A stretch of DNA of 64,000 bases from Neocallimastix sp. 'constans' (taxonomy: Eukaryota). The notes under the pieces are model-generated. The model did not search any database. It was not told the origin of the DNA and saw only the letters and a list, made by a program, of their open reading frames with translations. Both the position numbers and the translations under genes were made by a program. The stretch covers positions 248,001 to 312,000 of the forward strand of contig JBODTK010000150.1 of assembly GCA_050613775.1 (NCBI GenBank), in the 5' to 3' direction. The stretch's first letter is position 1; the number at the start of each line of letters is the position of its first letter. This document shows, in pieces, positions 53,979-64,000 of this stretch.

Positions 53979-54364
53979 AATAAAATGGTTTAAATAAAAA
54001 AAATATTTAAATATATATATTTTTTTTATAAACCATTCATAATTTAAAAAAAGTATAAAATAAAAAAATAATAGAAAACCAAAACTTAATAAGAATAGTT
54101 AGTGGTATTTATTAATTATAATAATTAGTTATAATATATATATTTTCGAGAATATTTATCATTAACATATAAAAATTTTTTTTGTAATATTTAAAATTAT
54201 TTAAGATCAGTGAATCAATAATATATATTATTCTATATTATTTATTTTATTTTTATTTTTTTAATAATTATTAATCATTAATTATGATAGGTACTTTATA
54301 TATTTGTAGTTCGTATTTTTTGTTATTTTTATTTTTTATTTTTATATTTATTGTAAATTTTTTT

Positions 54365-54695
54365 TTTTTTTCGATTTTAATTTTGATTTTATTAAAATTT
54401 CGTATTCATCCTTAAGACGTTTTAATCCTACTCTAATTTCAAAAATAACATGTTCTCCATAATCAATTTTTTTTACCTTAATATAATGGTTCGTTATATG
54501 TATCTAAACAATTACAGAATTGATTAATGATGAAATTAAGACTATATAGTCACAAATTAAACGTGTCTAACATTAATAGATTAGTTTCAATTCCAATTAT
54601 TACAGGTTCTTTATTTGGAGCTTTTTCACCTTGAAGTTCAAAGTATTCTATTTCATCTGTATTAGATATTTGTATGAAAATTGTTGATATACTAT
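54365..54695 (-). pseudogene. Decayed coding fragment of unknown family
   Basis: Reads ISNTDEIEYFELQGEKAPNKEPVIIGIETNLLMLDTFNL*LYSLNFIINQFCNCLDTYNEPLY*GKK, then after a frameshift IDYGEHVIFEIRVGLKRLKDEYENF. Confidence 0.45.
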
Positions 54696-54741
54696 ATTTA
54701 TCTTTTGATAATCAATTATATTAGAAATAAAAATTATTTAA

Positions 54742-54805
<64 letters not shown>

Positions 54806-57176
54806 TGTTGTAGTAGTAGGATTAGAATATAATCATAAATATTTTAGAATAATTTTATTAATTAAATTTTATATTTAAGAAAAGAAATTATTTCATTTTT
54901 TTATTATTATATTAAAATATTAAATTTCATTATAAAAATAAATCAAGAAATATTAATGAAATTTCTTTTATTATGAATTTAGTAATTTTATATTAATAAT
55001 ATAATTTAGTAAAAATGTTAAAAATAAATATGATTCTTTTGAAATGCATAATCATACTGCTATCATTAATTAAGATTTCTATTATAACTTCTATATTAAT
55101 ATAATACATTGCTTAAATATTTAATTTTTTAATTCAATAATAAGTAATCTTGAACTATAATTTTTTAATTCAATAATAAGTAATTTTGAGCAATAAGTTT
55201 CTTCTCTCTTTAATTATAAATTTTTTATTTAGCAAAATTATTATTTCATTTTAATTATCGCAAATAATTTTATTATTCATTCATTTTTATATACAAAGAA
55301 TTCAAAGTGAATTGAAAAATATTAAATATATATATATATTAATAAATAAAAATAATGAAATAATAATTAAACAATAAATAAGCTTAGTTTTAATATAATA
55401 ATAGCTGCATTTAACTGTTCAGAGCATTTAGATGCCTTTTGCGGCTGTTTTTGCTATGAATTATAATATCAGATTAATGCTCTTATTAGATGCTGTTTTT
55501 GTGCTAAAATTAGTATGTGATATAAAACAAATGTGTGTAGTAACATATTTGTATATTTAATAATAATTATTAAATATTAAATATGTATCTTTTTGATAAT
55601 AATTATTTTATTTTATTTTATTTTATTTCGATAATTATAATACTTTAATTCATATAAAATTTATAGAGTTCTTTATATTAGATTATATATTTAATATATT
55701 GCCTATTTCTTGTAAATAGATTAAAATATATATATTAGAAATAGAGGACTCTCTTGTAAATTTTAAGAATTAGAATTATTATATTAATTGTACTAATATT
55801 ATAATTTTATTAATAAACTTTACTAAACAACCATTATTTTAAAATCCCACTACTTAATAAATTATTGCACATAAAAGTCCTGCATATCAATATATAAATC
55901 ACGTGAATTTCTAATATATATAAAACAGACCGTTATAATTATCCAATAATAATAAACAAAATAGATAATTGAAAGTAGTTAGCATACATTTAAGCAGTGT
56001 AAGCATTGATTTTCAATATATGTTACTTATTATGTATGATATACTTATGAACAGCTAGTATGTATGTATGTTAATATATACTAACTATTACTATCACTAA
56101 TATCTAGTATATCATATATATGTTTCATAATCGATAAAGAATAAACAGAATATATAACATAGCAGTATTTTGGGTATATTTTGCAACATATGCATGCTGC
56201 ATAACTCTATCGCATGAATGCAATGAAACAGCACCGAATAACATGTAATGTTAAAATAGCTGTGAATGGAATGAATGGATATGTATCAACCTATTGCATA
56301 TATATTATCCATAACCTACTGACATGCATACAGTGCGAATGAACATGCAGGAATAAAGCAGTTATGAGTATTGTGAAATGATTTACATATGATATCAGAT
56401 AGCTCAGATATTGTATATATATTATTAATTAATTGAATCAAAAAACTACTATTTAAATATTGAATTCTATCTCATTTATTTTTATTTTATTATATAAATA
56501 ATAATGTTGATAGCATTATTATCCTAGAGAGTTATATTTGCTAATACGCAATTATATTTAAATGCTGTATTATTGCGAGATACAACATTGCAACTGCAGT
56601 TAACTTAGGCAATTAATCAATCAGCTATGTATATATATACATTGATACATTGAATAAAGTTCTCACAATTATCTGCATATATTTCATAAGTTAACTTTAC
56701 TGCTACAACCATATGTAAATAGTAAACAAATATAATATAGCTATTTATGATTATAGTTATTAACAGCAGTTGATAGTTATGACCGTATAAATATGCTAAG
56801 AATATAATCGAAAATATACGCTAAAGTACTGAATAATAAAATTAAAAATAATATTAAAATTAAATAAATAAATACTAATTGAATAAATAAATAAATAAAT
56901 AAATAAATACTTGTTTGATATATAATCAATGTTAAATCAGAAGCATATTGATATACAATGTTAATTCACATGTATCTTGATAATTATATTTGGTTTAGTA
57001 TTGTTATTATATTTTTAAAATGATTTTTTGTGTTGTATTTTTAATAAGCTAGTTACATATATTGAATTTGTATTTTATTTAAAATCAAAAAAAAAAAATA
57101 ATAATAAAAAAAATAAAAAATAAAAAATAAAATAAAATAAAATAAAATAAAATAAAATAAAATAAAATAAAATAAA

Positions 57177-57347
57177 TAGTAGGATATGAATATAAAGTAC
57201 AGATTGAATAAAAATAAAATAAAATAAAATAAATAGTAGGATATGAATATAAAGTACAGATTGAATAAAAATAAAATAAAATAAAATAAATAGTAGGATA
57301 TGAATATAAAGTACAGATTGAATAAAAATAAAATAAAATAAAATAAA
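57177..57347. repeat. 57-bp tandem repeat, 3 copies, inside an (AAAAT)n tract
   Basis: TAGTAGGATATGAATATAAAGTACAGATTGAATAAAAAT.. starts at 57177, 57234 and 57291. Confidence 0.92.
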
Positions 57348-57363
57348 AATAAAAATGAAATAA

Positions 57364-57394
<31 letters not shown>

Positions 57395-57947
57395 TAAAAA
57401 TAAAAATAAAAGTAAAAATATAAATAAAAATAAAAATAAAAATAAAAATAAAAATAAAATAAGATAAAATAAAATAAAAAAAAAAATTAATTTGATTATA
57501 TTCTTCTAAAGTTCTTTAAGCTATTTATTGGAGATATAAATAAATATCAAACCATAAAAAAAAAATAATAATAAACTATTCAATTTTAAAGAAATTGCGT
57601 ACTAGATCAATGAAAAAAAATTTTCTCTTTTAAATTAAACCAATATTTTATTAAGTTTATGAATAGGTTCTACAAAATGAGTGTCCTCAGACCTAAGAAT
57701 CTTTAAAATAAAATATTATTATGTATATTTTTACTTTAAATTGATAATAAATAATAAAATAGAGATATAAAGTTTTAATAAAATAAAGAAAATTTTAATA
57801 TACTAAATTTTTTTTAATAATAAATTTATAATATACTTAATACATTAATTTATTAGGATGAAAAATTTGTGAATAAAAAAAAATTCTAGTAATACTAGTA
57901 AATTAATGTTTAATTTTAAATTTTTAATTAATTTCTTAATATTTATT

Positions 57948-57980
<33 letters not shown>

Positions 57981-58058
57981 TAAATAGGAATTCAATAGGA
58001 ATTTATTAAAGAAAATGATTTCAATATTATTATATTAAGTTGTCAATCAGGAACTTTC

Positions 58059-59132
58059 TCATTTAACATACGCATTATATAGATTGATTAAATTTATTTT
58101 ATAATAAATGAGCAAATAATCAGCTATGCATGAGGTGAAATTCTTGTTAAGTTCCTTAGAATATAAGATATCTTCAATTTCAAAAGAATACTTGTTGACG
58201 TATCCTGACAATGTTCCTATTTTAATATTTCTATTTTTTTTTTTTTTTTTTTTTGGCAGGATAAGATTTATTTTATATTTTCTTATGTCTCTAAGGAATT
58301 TAATGGAATTTGTGCCATACACCGATCCTCCAGATTCAATTGTGAATACCAAAGATGGAACATCTATGTTATTGCAAGAGTAAGTTTCGATATATTATAT
58401 AATTATTTCCTTACTTTCTTTATTTGTAGTAATTTTAATAATAATTAGTAGAATTTCTCTATCATTAATATTATCGACTCCTGAGACAATCTTAGTTATT
58501 CTTCTGCCTTTTTTTAGAATGTATTAGCTGTTAAAGAAATTTATATTATTCATTTTATAAATAGGGATTTCCGGAATCTCTTCACTTTTATAAATTCCAT
58601 TTTCTTCTTCCAAATTTTGAACTTCTATTGAACTAATTTCTCAAGTTTCAGCTTCAGAGTATGATATATTATCATCATTTAGTTGATCTGCTTTCATATT
58701 TAATTGACTTAATTTTTGACGCGAAGATTTATATTATATTATTCGAACGTTTTGAGTTGAATGAACAACTAAAAGTTAAATGATTTTTTATCATTACATA
58801 TAAAACAATTGTTATTCGGGGTCATCTATCTACAAGACTATTATTACCGAAGTTAATGCTATTGCTTATAATAATCATTGCTCTAATTATAGCTTTTTTT
58901 TTTTTTTATTATTATATCCTATCTTGTAATGACTGGGAGGATGACTTTCTTTCCCAATATTCTTACTGCAATTATAATTCATCTTGTAGCTATTATTAAT
59001 GTTACTGTTATACTTATTTCTGTTGCTATTTCTAGAGACTTTTTTGGAAATGTATATTTGACGGTTTCTGATTTGTTTTTTCATATCTTTCAAATTTTCT
59101 TTAATGTCATCAGAGATACTACATTTGATTTC

Positions 59133-59178
<46 letters not shown>

Positions 59179-59618
59179 ATTTGTCTTTCAAGAAGTTCTT
59201 TATATAACTATGTTTGTTTTTCCCTATTACTAAGTTTATTATTTAGCTTCTCTAATTTTTCAGTAATTTCCAAAAATTCTTCAATGTACCTAATGGCTTC
59301 CTTGTTATATCGTGCCATTAAGCTTTCAAATTTTCTATAAAATTTTGGTATTTCGTTTAGTTCATCTTTATGATATTTCTCCTTAAGTAGCATAATTAAT
59401 TTATATTCTGGCTTTTTTTCTTCCCTCTTACTTTTAATTATAGTTTTAATATCTTCCCTTATTGATTTTCTTATTAAAAACTTATTACTATTGAGTTGTT
59501 CACTTGGTTGCTTTTTGATTCTTTCCTCTTGCTTTTCGATCAGTTTTGATTCACCATCTTTATATTGAATTCTTTTTTTTATGATGGTAGTGATATCCTT
59601 TTTTAATGTACTCCCCAT
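58059..59618 (-). mobile_element. Decayed copia gag-protease remnant (third element), no LTR recognised
   Basis: Broken ORFs in gag to zinc-knuckle to protease order: YIEEFLEITEKLEKLNNKLSNREK (gag-like), NYNCSKNIGKESH (eroded knuckle), FTIESGGSVYGTN..IGTL..FEIEDILYSKELNKNF (eroded DSGAS protease, paralleling WYYDSGA..KVLYSKKAHKNL in the intact element). Confidence 0.7.
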
Positions 59619-62498
59619 GCCAGTTGTCGTAGTTTGTCTCGGTTATGACATAGTTCATACTATGAATGATTATCTCGGACATCTTTATATAAATGTATTT
59701 GTTTATTTACTAATAAAATACTAAATTATAGTTTTGTTTATATATATAATTATCTAGTTTTTTTTTTTTTTATTAAATTAATCAACAATACTAATTATAA
59801 CTAATTTCTAAATTACTTGAAGTACTTTTAATATATAATTTAGTAACTAAAAATACTAGAAAATCATTGAGACTTTTAATTTGACAAAAAAGTGTAAAAT
59901 AAATATTTTTATATTCGTACAATTACATTCAATGGAAAATACATATTTTTATAATATTAAATACATACTTTAATAAAAATTATATAAAAGAGGCTTATAA
60001 AAAATTTTTAAGCTATATTATTTTTATCAATATAAACTATGTATTATTATAATATATCCTATTTATTTGTATTACACTATTTTATAATTAATAAAAATAA
60101 AAGTATTGATTAAATGTTAATTAAAATATTTAAACTAAATATACTAATAATTTTCTAACAAACGTATAAACAAAAAAACTAAACTAACCCTTAAAATAAT
60201 AAATTTTTTTTATTATTAATTTATTTTATCCATTCATTTTTTTTTTTTTTTAAAAAAAAAATATTAAATTTTAAAGAATTTTAAAAAATTTTTATAATAG
60301 AAATTCTTAAATATAATTATTATTATAAACAAAAATAAAATATCCTTTAAAAATAAGCCCTTGAATGTACATAAATTTCTTTTATTATTAGCTTTTATTT
60401 TATTTTATTTTTTTTTATATATTATATGAGTATTTTTATAATTTTATAATAGAAATAAAATAGATGAATATAAGTAATATGATAATTATTATAACTTTTT
60501 TAATAATATTACAAAAATATTAATTATCAAAAAATAATATAAAAAAATAATTTTTATAATATTTTATTTAGATTTCGCTTATCTCTTCATTAATTAACAT
60601 TTAAACTTTTATATATTTTGTTCCTTTTTTAATTTTATTTATTATTTATTTTAATTTGTACGATTTTAAACCGTAACAATATTTAATCAAACAAATGTCT
60701 TTTTTTTTTTCTTTCTATTTTTCTATTTTTTTTTTTTTTTTTTTTTTTTTTGCTTTTTATAAAAGAAAAAAATCGAGCTAATTAATAATGAAGAGTCCTT
60801 TTTTTTTTTTGTCTTTAAAAAAAAGATAATTTATTAAAAAAAATATCCATATTTATAATAAATATTAAATTCAAATTAAATAATAGTAATATTAGGATGA
60901 AATAATAAATAATAAATATAAGCATTTATTTAATAAATAGTAGTATTAAAATAATAGTATTATTAATAATATTTATTATTTAATATTTCATAATTTAATA
61001 ATATTATTTAAATAAATAAATAAATTAATAATGAAATAAATAAATAATAAATATTATATTATATAAAGTAAATAAATAATTTATAATTAATAATAAATGT
61101 TAATTATTAATATTTTATATTCATTCCTATATTAAAAAATGCGGTTTAAAAATTATCATTTTGAAATATTAAATAAAATAAAATAAAATAAAATAAACAT
61201 TTTAATAATTATTAAGATTACATGCTTTTTTTTTAAATTAAAAATTTTTTTTTTATTCTTTTAAATCTTTTTACATTTACATTTTTGTACATTTTTTATT
61301 ATAATAAATATATTAATATTGCTATAATTGTTTAATTGGCCATTGCTTCATTAGACCAAATTATTATTTGTAACAACATTACTAAACTTTAATTTATAAT
61401 ATTTTTATAATGATGTTTTGAACTTTAAAAATTCTAATCTATCCTTTTAATTATGATATTACTGTTTGTTAGTATTAATTTACTATTGCCATAATTATTG
61501 CCATTATAGCTTATTCTTTATTCTATTACATTTCTTATAATCTCTATATTTTATAATAAAAACATTGCTAACATAAAAAATTTAACTAATAATAAAAAAA
61601 CATAAAAATAATTATTTATTAATCATTATAATAATTTTAATATTATTAATATGAATAGTTTTATTAAAAATATTACTTTATAATTCCATTCATAAAATCA
61701 AACTAAAATAAAATATATAATTTGATGTAATATAATATTAATAGCTTATTTATAAATAAATATAAATATAAATATAAATATAAATATAAATATAAATATA
61801 AATATAAATATAAATATAAATATAAATTAACATAAATTATAATTCATTATAATATCTAATATATAACATAATAAATTGTCGCATATTTTTTATACTAAAA
61901 AGGTTTTTTTTTTATTTAATTAATATTATTGGGAAATATATTAGAATTAATTCTAATAAAAATAAAATAAATTAATATTGGTAATGATATATAATGAATT
62001 AATTTTCTTTTAGTATTATTTAATATATTATTTAATGTTATAATATATTACAATTGAATATTATATAGAATTAAAAAATAAAAATTTTTTTTTTTAATAA
62101 TTTTTTATTCTTGCGAAGCCTTTCAGCAGAAATCATTTAAAAGACTCTTTTTTTCAAACTTTATTTAATATATTTTATGTGCTTTAATTTATTTTTAATT
62201 CAATATATAACCTTATTCACTTATATATAAAGTATATCAATTTTATACACCATATAATACTATTTAAATTGAAGATAACTTTTTGTTTCCTATATTAAAA
62301 TATGAATAAATATAAACTTTATTTAATATATTTTTTCTTTCAGTTTAATTAATACTTATTATCAATTCTTTAATATATGCTTGTTTCTAATATTGATATT
62401 ATTAATTTATATGGACAATATATTTTCATTAAATTATGAATATATAATTATATTATGATTTATATATAACCATAATATAAACTATTTAATTAAATGAA

Positions 62499-62529
<31 letters not shown>

Positions 62530-63885
62530 TATTTTCTATTTAATAATAATAATAATAATATAAAAAGAAATAATAATAAAAGTTTATAGTATGTAATAAA
62601 AACTGTAAATAAAAATATTATTTATGATGAAATAATTAATATTATTTATGAAATAATTAATATTTTTAATATAGTTATTGTATTATTAATTTTATTAATA
62701 TTTTTATTAAAATTATTTTTTTTAAGGTATCTTTTTTTTATTTTCATTTTTTTTAATACTTTATCAGTATTTTATTTTTATTAAAATTTATTTTTCTTTT
62801 TTATTTTTATTAAAACTCATCTTAAAAGTTATTAATCATAGATAGAGTTAAAATATAAAAATAAAAATAAAAATAATAAAAATATAAAAAATTAATAATA
62901 AATAATAATAATAATAATAAAAAATGGTCTTTTAGAAAAGGGGAACTATATATCCAAAGTAATATAAAGTAATTATTTTGTTATATTTTGTTTATAATAA
63001 ATATATATTTAAAATTTAATTAAACTTATTTAATAAAATATAAAAAAACCTATATTGTTTATTATATGATTATTGATATTGTTTATGTGTTTATATAAAT
63101 AACTCTAGAGGTTCACAAATAAAAATTATCTTTCAATTAAAATAACCTAAGAAAAAAAAATAAAAAAATAAAAAATAAATAAATTAATAATATCATAAAA
63201 TTGTAGACATTAATAAAGAAATATATATCAACAAATATTTTCACTGATATAAAATTATTTCATTATATATGAAAATTTAAAAAAAAGAAAATAATAAAAA
63301 AAAAAAAAATAAAATACATTAATAAATTTTTCAATAATAATATTTATTATAGAAAAAATTAAAAAAATTTCACACAATTAATCACGAATATTTTCATATA
63401 AAATCAAAATTCATAAACTTCAAAAACTAAATATTTGTAAATAGAACCATAATAATTTAATTCTCAATTTATTAATTTTTATTATTATTCGTTAATCACT
63501 ATATTTAATATATATACTTTATAAGGTAATTAATAATCAAACAAATTTTAGCATTAAATTAATAATAGGATAAATATATAAAAAAACAGAAAATTATCAA
63601 TATTAAATTTTTTTTCAATTGGATATTACAATACAATATTTAAATTTATTGTGATATATTTATTTTTTTTTTTTTATTTATTAATAACAAGTCAAATTTT
63701 GTAAACTAATTTTAACATTTTAATAAGAAAATACCAATTAAATAATAGATTTTTCAATAGTTTGTATTGATTATTTTTTTATTAATCCATTAACAAAATA
63801 AAATACTCAATATTTATTTCAATTTTTAATATAATAATTTCTTTCACTTTTTTATATTTATCAAATAAATAATTTTTTAATAAAA

Positions 63886-64000
63886 ATGACCTATGCAATG
63901 AACAGAAGATTATCGTCATTTTCTAACATGTCAAGTAATTCTGCTAATAACGAGGAAATACCATTAAATTCTATTGTAAAAGTAAAATCTACTGGATTAG
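63886..64000 (+). CDS. Probable 5' end of a gene running off the right edge
   Basis: AAAAATG start and an open frame to the edge: MTYAMNRRLSSFSNMSSNSANNEEIPLNSIVKVKSTGL; GC content rises above the flank. Confidence 0.55.
   Translation, partial: MTYAMNRRLSSFSNMSSNSANNEEIPLNSIVKVKSTGL

Noticed and set aside
57177..57347. CRISPR-like look of repeated 30-bp cores
   Set aside because: Intervening sequences are identical AAAAT runs rather than unique spacers; eukaryotic context and no cas genes.
59641..59649. GGTTATGAC resembling a half-tRNA-iMet PBS near the decayed gag
   Set aside because: It is on the opposite strand to the gag remnant and no adjacent LTR was found.

Overview
Very AT-rich, intron-containing eukaryotic DNA with long (TAT)n and poly(A/T) tracts. 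Composition, gene content and a flagellar-type kinase suggest an anaerobic gut fungus (Neocallimastigomycota); this assignment is inferred, not shown. Host genes in order: a MOK/RAGE-type Ser/Thr kinase (-), a ~1185-aa multi-pass membrane protein with an alkaline-phosphatase-superfamily domain (+), CWC22 (+), a Groucho/TLE-type corepressor with Q domain, AT-hook-like motif, (MNPN)n repeat and WD40 domain (-), NOG1 (+), an uncharacterised two-exon ~900-aa protein (+), SRP54 (+), two short single-TM ORFs and a gene start at the right edge. Mobile DNA: a young, full-length Ty1/copia element with identical 241-bp LTRs (22245-28677, -), a solo LTR and an internally deleted element of a second copia family (GTGAA target duplication), and a decayed copia gag-protease. 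The most notable observation is that both copia families lack a canonical TGG primer-binding site. They instead carry a site complementary to the anticodon arm of tRNA-Lys(CUU), pointing to half-tRNA-Lys priming. The animal-like Groucho gene and the frequent AAG or poly(A) splice acceptors also stand out.
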